Of a DNA stretch of 64,000 nucleotides, positions 9,134-18,698 are shown one piece after another (position 1 is the first letter of the stretch; every line of letters starts with the position of its first letter). The stretch is taken from contig CAVYKI010000009.1 in NCBI GenBank assembly GCA_963769025.1, positions 832,001 to 896,000 of the forward strand, written 5' to 3'. The translations under genes were made by a program, and so were the position numbers. A model generated the notes under the pieces. It was not told the DNA's origin and did no database searches. It was given only the letters and a program-made list of their open reading frames with translations. The stretch is from an uncultured Verrucomicrobiae bacterium. Lineage in GTDB: Bacteria > Verrucomicrobiota > Verrucomicrobiia > Chthoniobacterales > Chthoniobacteraceae.

Positions 9134-11050
9134 GTGTCTCGACCTCCGCGCCTGCTTTCAGTTTTCGTGCTCATGCTCGGGACGTTCGTCGCGTACTGGC
9201 CGGCAATGCGCAACAGCTTCGTGTGGGACGACACCGCGCTCGTGCTGCGAGACCCGCTCATCCGCTCGTGGCGGCTCACTCCGGATGCATTCCGCGAGTT
9301 CCTGTTCCTCGATGCGACGGCGAGCAATTTCTACCGACCGCTGCAACGGCTCACATTCACGGCGGACTACGCGCTGTGGGGAATCGCACGCCCTTCCGAT
9401 GCGCCGACGGCCGCAAAGACCGGCGCACCCGACACGGGCGACGCCGCGGACGTCGGCGCGATCCAGAGGGCGCCGCAGCCGGGCTGGCATTTCACGAGCG
9501 TGCTCATGCATGCGCTGGCGGCGATCGCGCTGTGGTGGCTGCTCCGCGTGTGGTTCGGCGCAGGCGGCGGATGGTGGGCGCTCGCAGGCGCGCTCGTGTG
9601 GACGCTGCATCCGCTGCACACGAGCGCAGTGACCTACGTGAGCGGTCGCGCCGATTCCCTTGCGGCGATTTTCACTTTCTCCGGCCTCGCGCTCATCGCA
9701 AAGGCGCACGCCCGCGGCGCGCTGGTGCCGGGCGATCGTGCTGCGGCCCGCGGGATCATTATTGCCGCCGTTTGCGCGCTCGCCGCGCTGCTCTCGAAGG
9801 AAAGCGGTGTGGCACTCCTCATCCTCTGGCTGGTGTGGGTGCTCGCGCGCGCGCGACGCGACCCGCGCGGTTGGCTGGCATGGATCGTAGCCGCGGTGAT
9901 TGCGTGCGGGGCTTACGGTGCGCTGCGCATCACCGCCGGACGCACCCCGCCACCCGTACCGGGCGAGGCGGCACCGTGGCAGGCGCGTCCGATCCTCGTC
10001 GCGCGTGCATTGGCGGAGTATGCGACCCTTTTCATCGCACCGCACTCGCTGCACATGGAGCGCGATGTCTCCACGAACGCGGTCGGCAACCCGGCAGAGA
10101 ATCTCCGGAATGGACGCATCCGCGAGGCGCAGACGCTCGCCGGGCTCGGCATCGCCGCGTTCCTCGTCTGGTGGTGGCGGCGCGCGCGCAGATTCGCACC
10201 GGATGCCGCCCTCGCGCTCACGTGCGCGGCAGTGACCTGGCTGCCAGTAAGCAATGTCTTCCGCCTGAATGCCACCGTCGCCGAGCACTGGCTCTACGTG
10301 CCAAGCGCGTTTTTGCTCGCGGCAATCCTCCTGAGCGTGCGCGCCCTCGCACCGGAGCGCCCGCGCCTTTTCACTGCGATCGGGGCGGCGGCGGCGCTGT
10401 GGGTCGCGTTTCTGGCGGTGCAGACGTGGCGGCAGCAGGCTTACTGGCGCGACCAGCGCACCTTCGTCGAAGAGACGATCGCACGCGCGGGCCGCGGCGC
10501 GCGGATGGTGAGCAATCTCGGGCAGCTCAAGGCCCAGGAGGGCAAACCCACCGAGGCGCTCGCGCTGTTTCGCGAGGCGCTCGGCAAGGAACCGCAGCTC
10601 GCTCTCGCGCACTTCAACATCGCGACCGTGGCATTCCGGCAAAAAGACTACGCCACCGCGCTCGTGGAGCTGTCTCTTGCGGAAAATTCGCCGCTGCTGG
10701 GCTCAGAGACGATGCTCTTGCGCGCGGCCATCGAGCACGCGCAGACGGGAAAACCCCGACTCGATCTGCTCGCCCACGCAGCCAGCAACTCCGGCCGCAA
10801 CTGGGCCATGGCGCGGCAATATCCGCTCGCGCTCCTCGCCCTCGGCAAGCCCGACAAGGCCTACGACGACGTGCTGCGCCAGCTCACCGGGCATCCGTTC
10901 CGCGCGGAGTCGTGGCGTTTCCTCGGGCAGATCGCCGAGCAGCTCCGCCAGCCCGGCGTCGCCGCCAAGGCCTACGCCGAGGCTGCAAACCGCGATGCGC
11001 GCGACGAAGTCAGCCGCGAGCGCCTCCACGCGCTGCGCGATTCGCTGTAG
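9134..11050 (+). CDS. TMTC-like GT-C membrane glycosyltransferase with C-terminal TPR repeats; start uncertain
   Basis: FVWDD, FYRPL, HPLHTSAVTYVSGRAD, LSKES, VAEHWLYVPS, multiple TM segments, TPR-like tail. Confidence 0.85.
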   Translation: MSRPPRLLSVFVLMLGTFVAYWPAMRNSFVWDDTALVLRDPLIRSWRLTPDAFREFLFLDATASNFYRPLQRLTFTADYALWGIARPSDAPTAAKTGAPDTGDAADVGAIQRAPQPGWHFTSVLMHALAAIALWWLLRVWFGAGGGWWALAGALVWTLHPLHTSAVTYVSGRADSLAAIFTFSGLALIAKAHARGALVPGDRAAARGIIIAAVCALAALLSKESGVALLILWLVWVLARARRDPRGWLAWIVAAVIACGAYGALRITAGRTPPPVPGEAAPWQARPILVARALAEYATLFIAPHSLHMERDVSTNAVGNPAENLRNGRIREAQTLAGLGIAAFLVWWWRRARRFAPDAALALTCAAVTWLPVSNVFRLNATVAEHWLYVPSAFLLAAILLSVRALAPERPRLFTAIGAAAALWVAFLAVQTWRQQAYWRDQRTFVEETIARAGRGARMVSNLGQLKAQEGKPTEALALFREALGKEPQLALAHFNIATVAFRQKDYATALVELSLAENSPLLGSETMLLRAAIEHAQTGKPRLDLLAHAASNSGRNWAMARQYPLALLALGKPDKAYDDVLRQLTGHPFRAESWRFLGQIAEQLRQPGVAAKAYAEAANRDARDEVSRERLHALRDSL

Positions 11051-11111
11051 AAAATCACCGGCGCCGGGAAACCGTTCGACTTCGCAAAACGTAGGAACTA
11101 CGCCACACCAA

Positions 11112-11924
11112 ATGCTCACGAAGCCAGACAGCGCACTCATCATCGCCGGCCACGGCTCCACGCTGAATCCCGATTCTAGCGCGCCGACGTGGGAACTCGC
11201 GGAGGAAATCCGCCGGCGCGGCGTGTTTGGCGAGGTGCACTGCGCGTTTTGGAAAGAGGAGCCGAGCTTCCGACAGATCCTCCATTGCGTGGACTGCGAG
11301 GATGTTTACGTGGTCCCGAATTTCATCAGCGAGGGCTACTTTACCAAGACGGTGATCCCGCGTGAACTCGGCCTCGGTGAACCGCTCACGCGCATCGGCC
11401 GGCACACGGTGAAATACTGCGAGCCCGTGGGAAATCACGCGCGCATGACCGAGCTGCTGCTCAAGCGCGCAGCCGCAATCGCCCCGGGCGTGCCACCGGA
11501 AACGACGAGCCTTTTCATCGTGGGCCACGGCACCGATCTGAACGAGAATTCCGCAGTCGCCGCGAAGCGCGAAGTGGATCGCATCGCAGCGCTGGGCCGG
11601 TATCGCGAAGTGCTGAGCGCCTACATGGAGGAGGCGCCGCTCATCGCGGAATGGGACAAGCTATCCACGAGCCCGAACGTCGTCGTGGTGCCGTTCTTCA
11701 TCGCGGACGGGCTGCACAGCTACGAGGACATCCCGGTGCTGCTGGGCATCGCCACGGAATCACCCGGCGCCGCGAGCGCGGACCGCGCGGCGGTCTTTGC
11801 GAACAATCCGTACCGCCTGCGCGGCCGGACGCTTTACTACGCGAGTTCCATCGGCACCGAAGCGGGTTTTGCGGAGGTGATTCTTGACCAGGTGGCCGCT
11901 TTCGACGCAAGCCATCGCGCGTGA
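11112..11924 (+). CDS. CbiX/SirB-like two-domain chelatase-fold protein
   Basis: IIAGHGS, AFWKEEP, VVPNFISEG, IVGHGT, VVVPFFIADGLHSYEDIP. Confidence 0.85.
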   Translation: MLTKPDSALIIAGHGSTLNPDSSAPTWELAEEIRRRGVFGEVHCAFWKEEPSFRQILHCVDCEDVYVVPNFISEGYFTKTVIPRELGLGEPLTRIGRHTVKYCEPVGNHARMTELLLKRAAAIAPGVPPETTSLFIVGHGTDLNENSAVAAKREVDRIAALGRYREVLSAYMEEAPLIAEWDKLSTSPNVVVVPFFIADGLHSYEDIPVLLGIATESPGAASADRAAVFANNPYRLRGRTLYYASSIGTEAGFAEVILDQVAAFDASHRA

Positions 11925-12559
11925 TTCGCGACACGACACAGGAACTCGAACGCTGGCTGAAGGCCGGCGGAACGCGCGCCGGGCAGCTCTCCATTTCGCC
12001 CACGGGTGAAGGGTGGGAGCTGCGGCATTGGGAAGATGGCGGGCGGAACGACCTCGATGATTTTTCCGCGCCGGAGGACGCGCGCGCCCTCGCGAACCGC
12101 GATGACTCCGGCGCCTATCGCGCGCTGAAGACCGCGCCGAACTTGCGCCACGGCTGGCGGCTCGCGCTGCCGGACGCGCATTCGGTGCGGCTCGCGCTCG
12201 ATTATTTCTACCCCGCGATGCTCGGGGTCTGGCTCGCGCACCGGCGCGGGGAAGTGACGCCGGTCGAACTGCGGGAAACGCTCGGGCGCCAGACGGGAAT
12301 GTATCGCATCACCCAAAAGCTCACCGACGAGCAGGCACAGCGGCTGGTCGCAAAGCAATGCCGGAGCAACGGCGGCTGCCTGAAGACGATCCTCTGGCGC
12401 GTCAGCGCAGGGATCTCCATCCCGCTCCTGCCGCCGGAGAAATTCCGCGCGGACGCGACGCCGACAAACGCCCTTCCCCTCCTCTGCCAGGAAGCGTGCA
12501 ACATCCTCGTGGCGGCCGCGCGGAAGATGGTGAAGGACGAGGCTCCGCCAACGTCATGA
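11921..12559 (+). CDS. DR2241-like protein with C-terminal four-Cys (putative Fe-S) domain
   Basis: GAYRALKTAPNLRHGW, LDYFYPA, RETLGRQTGMY, C-x5-CLK..C-x3-C; GTGA overlap with the CbiX-like gene. Confidence 0.8.
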   Translation: MIRDTTQELERWLKAGGTRAGQLSISPTGEGWELRHWEDGGRNDLDDFSAPEDARALANRDDSGAYRALKTAPNLRHGWRLALPDAHSVRLALDYFYPAMLGVWLAHRRGEVTPVELRETLGRQTGMYRITQKLTDEQAQRLVAKQCRSNGGCLKTILWRVSAGISIPLLPPEKFRADATPTNALPLLCQEACNILVAAARKMVKDEAPPTS

Positions 12560-13779
12560 TCCTCCGCGCGCGCACGGTTGTTCCGGTTTCGCATGCGCCG
12601 ATCGATGACGGCGCGGTCGTCATCTCCGGCAATACCATTACCGCCGTCGGACGTTTTGCCGATATCCGCGCGGCGCACCCCGGCGAAGTGACCGATCTCG
12701 GCGAGCAGGTGCTGTTGCCGGGGCTGGTGAATGCGCACTGCCACCTCGACTACACGATGATGCGCCGCGCGATCCAGCCGCAGCGCAGTTTCACGAGTTG
12801 GATCGGCCGCATCAATTCGCTGAAGCGCTGCCTGGGCCCCAGTGACTACCGGCTCGCGGTCGAGCGCGGCTTTGCCGAACTCCGCCGCTGGGGCACGACC
12901 AGCGTCGCGAACATCGAATCCTTTCCGGAGTTGCTCACGAATCCGCCCACGAGCCCGGTGCGGACGTGGTGGTTTCTCGAGATGATCGATGTCCGCCATC
13001 AGGTGCCGAGCGACGAGGTTTCGAGCGGGATGCTCGCATTTTTCGAGTCGCGGGACAAACTGCGGGGCGGCTTTGGCCTCAGCCCTCACGCGCCCTACAC
13101 GGCCTCCGGTCCGCTCTACGAAACGGTCAGCGAAGCCGCGGCGAGCCTCGACATGCCGGTGATGACCCACGTCGCCGAATCGCGCGAGGAATGGGAGATG
13201 TTCCGCCATGCGCGCGGCGAACTTTACGACTTCATGCTGGGCCTCGGCCGCTGGATGGAGGACTGCCACCAGGACCGCACGCCGCTCCGTCATGTGTTCA
13301 ATTTCACGGGCTTCGGAGCGCGATGGATCCTCGCGCACATGAACGAACTCGACGACTCGGACTTCACGCTGCTTGCGAGCATTCCGCGCGCGGACCGCCC
13401 GAGCATCGTCCACTGCCCGGGAAGCCACCGCTACTTCCGCCACGCACCGTTCGCGCTGGCGAAGCTGCTCGAACTGCGCATGAACATCTGCCTCGGCACG
13501 GACAGCCTCGCGAGCACGTACTCGCTCTCCATGTTCGACGAAATGCGCATCCTCGCCGACCGCGAACCGTGGCTGCATCCGGCCGATCTCGTCGCCATGG
13601 CCACGCTGAACGGCGCGCGCGCGCTGAACCTTAATGCGGGCAAAATCGAGCCGGGCGCACTCGGGGACTTGATTGCCATTCCATCCAATGCCAGCCTGCG
13701 CAACGTCCACGCCGCAGTGATTGCCAACCGCGAGCCTGTCGCTTGGATGATGATCGATGGCCAAGTCCTTACTCAATAA
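12556..13779 (+). CDS. Metal-dependent amidohydrolase/deaminase
   Basis: PGLVNAHCHLD, SPHAPY, HVAES, HMN, GTDSLAS; ATGA overlap. Confidence 0.9.
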   Translation: MILRARTVVPVSHAPIDDGAVVISGNTITAVGRFADIRAAHPGEVTDLGEQVLLPGLVNAHCHLDYTMMRRAIQPQRSFTSWIGRINSLKRCLGPSDYRLAVERGFAELRRWGTTSVANIESFPELLTNPPTSPVRTWWFLEMIDVRHQVPSDEVSSGMLAFFESRDKLRGGFGLSPHAPYTASGPLYETVSEAAASLDMPVMTHVAESREEWEMFRHARGELYDFMLGLGRWMEDCHQDRTPLRHVFNFTGFGARWILAHMNELDDSDFTLLASIPRADRPSIVHCPGSHRYFRHAPFALAKLLELRMNICLGTDSLASTYSLSMFDEMRILADREPWLHPADLVAMATLNGARALNLNAGKIEPGALGDLIAIPSNASLRNVHAAVIANREPVAWMMIDGQVLTQ

Positions 13780-14776
13780 CGCGCTCGTGCTCCTGTGCTC
13801 CGTGCTTCTGCTCGGAGGAGCGGCCGACGGTGCGACCAAGAAGTCCACACCTTCCAAGCGTCCGGCCGCCAAATCTTCGAAGCCTGCCAAGCCTGCCAAG
13901 CCTGCCAAGACGGTCAAGACGCCCACCCCCGCGAAGAAGCCCGCCCCGACTCCGACGCCCCCGCCCCTCGCACCAGGCGAACTGCCACTCGCCGCGAAAT
14001 CGGCAATCCTACTCGACACGAAAAGCGGCGACGTCCTTTACGAGAAAAATGCGGACGCGATCCAATACCCGGCGAGCGCGACGAAGATCCTCACCGCGCT
14101 CCTCGTCATCGAGGAGGGCGACCTTGACCGGCGCGTCACCATCCAGATCGAGGACACGAAGGTCGAACCGAGCGCGCTCTATTTCAAACCCGGCGAGCAA
14201 TACCCGCGCAGGCACCTGCTGTTCGTCCTGCTGCTGAAAAGCGCGAACGACGTCGCGATCGCCCTCGCGCGCGACAATGCGGGGAGCGTCGCTGCGTTCG
14301 CGGAGAAGATGAATCGGCGCGCGGAAGCGCTCGGCGCGATGAACACCCATTTTACGAATCCGCACGGGCTCCCCGATCCGCACCACTTCACGACGGCTCG
14401 CGACCTGGGACTCATCGCGCGCCGAGCGATGCAGCATCCGCTTTTCCGCGAAATCGTCGCGACGCCGGAAATCGCAATCGAGCGCGGGGGCGAATGGCTG
14501 ATCTTTAAAAATCACAACAGGCTCCTCACAATGGTTCCGGGCTGCATCGGCGTGAAGACCGGATACACGCGCGCCGCGCAGCAGGTGCTGGTCAGCTCCG
14601 CGCTTCGCGCCGGGCGCGAGGCGATTTCCGTGGTGCTGCATTCCGACAAGCCGGGCATCTGGAACGACTCGAAGACACTTCTTGAGCATGCTTTCGAGAA
14701 ATTCGCGGCACCCCCTGCCCCCGCAGCGACCGCGACGTCGGAAGCCGCTCCCCCGGAAGCTACGGCCGGAAAATAG
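13757..14776 (+). CDS. D-alanyl-D-alanine carboxypeptidase (peptidase S11)
   Basis: PASATK (SxxK), SAN, FTNPHGL, KTG; signal peptide followed by K/P/A-rich linker. Confidence 0.92.
   Translation: MAKSLLNNALVLLCSVLLLGGAADGATKKSTPSKRPAAKSSKPAKPAKPAKTVKTPTPAKKPAPTPTPPPLAPGELPLAAKSAILLDTKSGDVLYEKNADAIQYPASATKILTALLVIEEGDLDRRVTIQIEDTKVEPSALYFKPGEQYPRRHLLFVLLLKSANDVAIALARDNAGSVAAFAEKMNRRAEALGAMNTHFTNPHGLPDPHHFTTARDLGLIARRAMQHPLFREIVATPEIAIERGGEWLIFKNHNRLLTMVPGCIGVKTGYTRAAQQVLVSSALRAGREAISVVLHSDKPGIWNDSKTLLEHAFEKFAAPPAPAATATSEAAPPEATAGK
13880..13909 (+). repeat. Perfect in-frame 9-bp tandem repeat (AAGCCTGCC x3 plus AAG) encoding KPA-KPA-KPA-K
   Basis: Read directly from the sequence. Confidence 0.9.
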
Positions 14777-14887
14777 GCGCGCTGCGAGACAGCGAGGCGA
14801 AAGGGAGGCCGGGCCGTAATTTCCGCCCCAGCCATGCATCGCTTTGCTTGCGCGCGATCGACCCCGCTCGCTAGCCTCGGCGTCCTC

Positions 14888-16138
14888 ATGTTGACCCTCG
14901 AAAAATTCTCCATCGGCGTCGGTGACCGTTTCGCACATCAGGCAAAGGCGCAGCTCCGCGCCTGCGAACTCGCTGCCGCGCAGGGTGCGGACATCGTGCC
15001 GGTCTGGAACAAGTCCAACCGCGAACACACCTTCGTCGGTTCGGAGCCGAAGAGCGTGTTCGACGCCGCGAAGGCCGCCGTCGCCGCGCTCGGCTGGAAG
15101 AAGGGCTGGCACGTGGACGCCGACCACATCCGCATCGAGACCGTGGATCGCTTTGTCCCGCACTCGGATTTCTTCACGCTCGACGTCGCGGACTCCATCG
15201 GCAAACCCGCGGCTCCCGCGGACGTCGCGGCGTTCCTCGCGCGCCACCCGGAGCTGGTCGGCACGATTTCGATTCCCGGCATCGCGACGCCATTCGAGAC
15301 CACAACGGCTGAAATCGAGCGCATCGTCTCCAAGTATCTCCTCGCCGTGCAGGATGCCGGAAAAATCTACCGCCACATCGCGGCGGCCAAGGGCGCGGAC
15401 AATTTCATCGCCGAAGTCTCAATGGACGAGACCGACGCGCCTCAGACCCCGCCGGAGCTGCTCGTGATCCTCGCCGCGATTGCCGATGAGAAAATCCCGG
15501 CGCAGACCATCGCGCCAAAATTCACCGGCCGCTTCAACAAGGGCGTGGACTACGTCGGCGACCTCGCGCAGTTCGAAAAGGAATTCCACGATGACCTGGC
15601 CGTGATCGCCTACGCCGTCGCACGCTACGGCCTGCCCGCGAATCTCAAGCTCAGCGTCCACAGCGGCAGCGACAAGTTTTCGCTCTACCCGATCATCCGC
15701 CGCACGCTGCCGAAGTTCGGCGCCGGCCTGCACATCAAGACCGCGGGAACGACGTGGCTCGAGGAAGTCATCGGCCTCGCCGAGGCCGGCGGCGACGGGC
15801 TTGCACTCGCAAAGGAAATGTATGCCTACGCGCTCGCGCACGTGGACGAACTGTGCGCGCCGTATGCGAGCGTGATCGACATCGACAAGGCGAAGCTGCC
15901 GCCCGCCGAGACCGTGAACGGCTGGACCGGCACGCAACTCGCGAACGCCATCCGCCACATCCCGGGCCACCCGGGCTTCAACGCCAACATCCGCCAGCTC
16001 CTGCACGTCTCGTTCAAACTCGCGGCCAAGGCCGGCACGCGCTACACGGACCTGCTGAAGAGCAACGAGGCCATCGTGGCGAAGAATGTCACCGAGAACC
16101 TCTACGACCGGCACCTCAAGCCGCTGTTCGTCGGCTGA
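14888..16138 (+). CDS. uxaE: Tagaturonate/fructuronate epimerase family protein
   Basis: SIGVGDRF, HVDADH, EVSMDE, KGVDYVGD, SVHSGSDKF, HIKTAGTTWLE. Confidence 0.88.
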   Translation: MLTLEKFSIGVGDRFAHQAKAQLRACELAAAQGADIVPVWNKSNREHTFVGSEPKSVFDAAKAAVAALGWKKGWHVDADHIRIETVDRFVPHSDFFTLDVADSIGKPAAPADVAAFLARHPELVGTISIPGIATPFETTTAEIERIVSKYLLAVQDAGKIYRHIAAAKGADNFIAEVSMDETDAPQTPPELLVILAAIADEKIPAQTIAPKFTGRFNKGVDYVGDLAQFEKEFHDDLAVIAYAVARYGLPANLKLSVHSGSDKFSLYPIIRRTLPKFGAGLHIKTAGTTWLEEVIGLAEAGGDGLALAKEMYAYALAHVDELCAPYASVIDIDKAKLPPAETVNGWTGTQLANAIRHIPGHPGFNANIRQLLHVSFKLAAKAGTRYTDLLKSNEAIVAKNVTENLYDRHLKPLFVG

Positions 16139-16221
16139 TCCCGCCGCGACGATTTTCTCCCTACGACCGCGCACCGAGCGCAGTCATCTAGGTCTCCGCC
16201 TCCTCCCATCTTACCGATTCC

Positions 16222-17463
16222 ATGAAATCCCCCTCCGTGTTCGCCCTCACACTCCTCGCCGGAACATCCGTGCTGCTCGCCGAGAAGAACTGGCCACGGT
16301 TCGCCGGTCCGGACGGGTCGGGACATTCCACGGAAAAATCGCTGCCGGTGAAATGGGACGCGAACGCCATCGTCTGGAAGACCAAGCTGAAGGGCACCGG
16401 TCAGTCGTCGGTTGTGAATTGGGGCGACAAACTTTTCCTCACCAGTGCCGCGGAGGGCGGCAAGCAGCGCTTCGTGCATTGCCTCGACCGCCAGACAGGG
16501 AAGCTGCTGTGGGAGCGCGAAGTCGCGTGTGCGCAGCCGGAGCAGATTCACAAGATGAACACGTGGGCCACGCCGACGTGCGTGACGGATGGCGAGCGCG
16601 TCATCGCGTTTTTCGGGCCGGGCGGGATCCACAGTTTCGACCTCGATGGAAATCCGCAGTGGTCGCGCAATCTCGGTGAGTTTCCCGGGACGTGGGGCAT
16701 CGGCGCTTCGCCGATCATCGACGGCAACCTCGTCCTGCAGAACTGCGACGCCGAGGGGCCGTGCTCGCTCGTCGCCTTGAACAAGACGACCGGCGAACCC
16801 GCGTGGACCGCAAAGCGTCCCGACGCGCCGAAGGGCGGCTGGAACACTCCCGTCATTATCGAGGTCGCCGGGCGCCGCGAACTGCTCGTGAACGGCGAGT
16901 ACGGGCTCAATGCGTATGATCCCGCGACGGGCAAGGATCTGTGGTTTTGCAAAGCCTTCGCAGGCCGCGGCGAACCGCTCCCGGCTTACGCAAACGGCCT
17001 GCTTTACGTCGTGAGCGGACAGCCGGGAAACACCTACGTCGTGAAGCCCGGCGGCAGCGGCGACGTCACCGCCACGCACCGCATCCGCGACGCAAAGGTC
17101 GTCGGCGGACGCGACCTGCCGTCGCCGGTGGTCGTCGGCGATTACCTCCTCATCTCGAGCCTTTCCGGAATGCTCACCATGTACGACGCGAAGACCAGCC
17201 AGCCCATTTTCACCGAGCGCCTTGGCTCGCAGGTCTCCGCCTCGCCGCTCGTGGCGAATGGGCTCGTCTATTTCCAGATGGAGAATGGCGAGGTCATCGT
17301 CATCAAGCCGGGCAAGACGCTCGACATCGTCGCGCGCAACAAGGTCGGCTCCGAGAGCGACGAAATCTTTCGCGCCGGCCTCGTCCCGATCCAAGGCCGC
17401 CTCTTCACCCGGTCGCAGGACACGGTCTATTGCATCGGCGGCACGGCAAGCGCGGGCAAATAA
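16222..17463 (+). CDS. Secreted PQQ-like beta-propeller repeat protein (BamB-like, PVC-type)
   Basis: Signal peptide, NWPRFAGP, repeated ..D..TGK.LW and SP motifs. Confidence 0.88.
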   Translation: MKSPSVFALTLLAGTSVLLAEKNWPRFAGPDGSGHSTEKSLPVKWDANAIVWKTKLKGTGQSSVVNWGDKLFLTSAAEGGKQRFVHCLDRQTGKLLWEREVACAQPEQIHKMNTWATPTCVTDGERVIAFFGPGGIHSFDLDGNPQWSRNLGEFPGTWGIGASPIIDGNLVLQNCDAEGPCSLVALNKTTGEPAWTAKRPDAPKGGWNTPVIIEVAGRRELLVNGEYGLNAYDPATGKDLWFCKAFAGRGEPLPAYANGLLYVVSGQPGNTYVVKPGGSGDVTATHRIRDAKVVGGRDLPSPVVVGDYLLISSLSGMLTMYDAKTSQPIFTERLGSQVSASPLVANGLVYFQMENGEVIVIKPGKTLDIVARNKVGSESDEIFRAGLVPIQGRLFTRSQDTVYCIGGTASAGK

Positions 17464-17529
17464 GCGCACGCTCGCAGCCATTTCCCGCACCCTCGCCAGC
17501 GCTTCACGTCGTTCCCCACTTTCCCTCCC

Positions 17530-18543
17530 ATGAAATACCCCAAGCTCCCGCTCGCAGCCATCGCAGCCATCGCGCTGCTCCATCTCAATTCAACCGCCTC
17601 CGCCGCGGACACCGGTTTCGCCATCGAGAAGACCGCGAATGGCGGCCTCACGGTAAAATTCAACGGTCAGATTTTTGCCGAATACGTGACTGACCAGGCC
17701 AACAAACCGTATCTCGCCCCGGTCTTCGGTCCCACGGGGAAACAGATGACCCGCAATTACCCGATGAAAGTCGTTGAGGGCGAGCAACGCGACCATCCGC
17801 ATCATCGCGGGATCTGCTTTGGCAACCAAGGCATCGCCGGAGTCAGCACATGGGAGGAGCCCGGCTCGCTCGTGGCGGCGGAAGCGAAGAAGCCCGGCTC
17901 GACCAAGGGCCGGCTGGAGCTGATCGGCTACATCAAGCATCGCGAATACAAGGAACTGAAGGCGGACGCGAAGCAAGCCGTGGTCGTCGCCGCGAGCGAC
18001 GTCGTGAATTTTGCGGGAAAGAAGCTGCTCGAAGAGGAGCATCGCATGACTTTCCGCGCCGATGCGGAAACGCGGACGATCGATTTCGACATCGACTATA
18101 TCGCCAGCGAGGGAGCGGTGAAATTTGAGGACAAGAAGGACGCCGGATTCAGCATTCGCGTCCCCTCCTCCATGGCGGTGGACACGAAGCAGGGCGGAAA
18201 AGTCATCAACAGCGAGGGCCATACCAACGCCGACGCATGGGCCAAGCGCGCGAAATGGTGTGATTACAGCGGCCCTGTCGAAGGCGAAACGCTCGGAGTG
18301 GCAATCCTGAATCACCCGAGCAGCTTCCGTCATCCCACGCCGTGGCACGTCCGCACGTACGGACTCTTCACGGCGAATCCGTTTGGCATGCGCAGCCTCG
18401 ACAAGACAGCGGAGGACGGCACGTTCGAGCTGCAAAAGGGCGAGCGCCTGAAACTCCGCCACCGCCTCATCTTTCACAAAGGCGATGAGAAGACCGCGAA
18501 GATCGCGGATGCCTTTGCGGCGTACGCGAAAGAGGCGAAGTAG
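17530..18543 (+). CDS. Secreted PmoA-like family (DUF6807-like) protein
   Basis: KPYLAPV.GPTG..MTRNYP, DHPHHRG, WCDYSG, HPSSFRHPTPWHVRTYGLF. Confidence 0.82.
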   Translation: MKYPKLPLAAIAAIALLHLNSTASAADTGFAIEKTANGGLTVKFNGQIFAEYVTDQANKPYLAPVFGPTGKQMTRNYPMKVVEGEQRDHPHHRGICFGNQGIAGVSTWEEPGSLVAAEAKKPGSTKGRLELIGYIKHREYKELKADAKQAVVVAASDVVNFAGKKLLEEEHRMTFRADAETRTIDFDIDYIASEGAVKFEDKKDAGFSIRVPSSMAVDTKQGGKVINSEGHTNADAWAKRAKWCDYSGPVEGETLGVAILNHPSSFRHPTPWHVRTYGLFTANPFGMRSLDKTAEDGTFELQKGERLKLRHRLIFHKGDEKTAKIADAFAAYAKEAK

Positions 18544-18698
18544 GCCCGGCCGGCGCGACACCATCGGCCGGCGAACCCGGTGGAATGATTCGCCCCACGC
18601 TGCGGCCGGCCAGCGCAAGGCGAGCAGTGCCTCATTTTCACAGCCAGCGGAGGCTCGCCAATCGAAAGCCGGCGTGCTTCATCATCCGCCTCCATCCC

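Noticed and set aside
17530..18543. Methane monooxygenase, suggested by the PmoA-like family name
   Set aside because: Soluble secreted protein without the multi-TM pattern of true PmoA; no pmoB or pmoC
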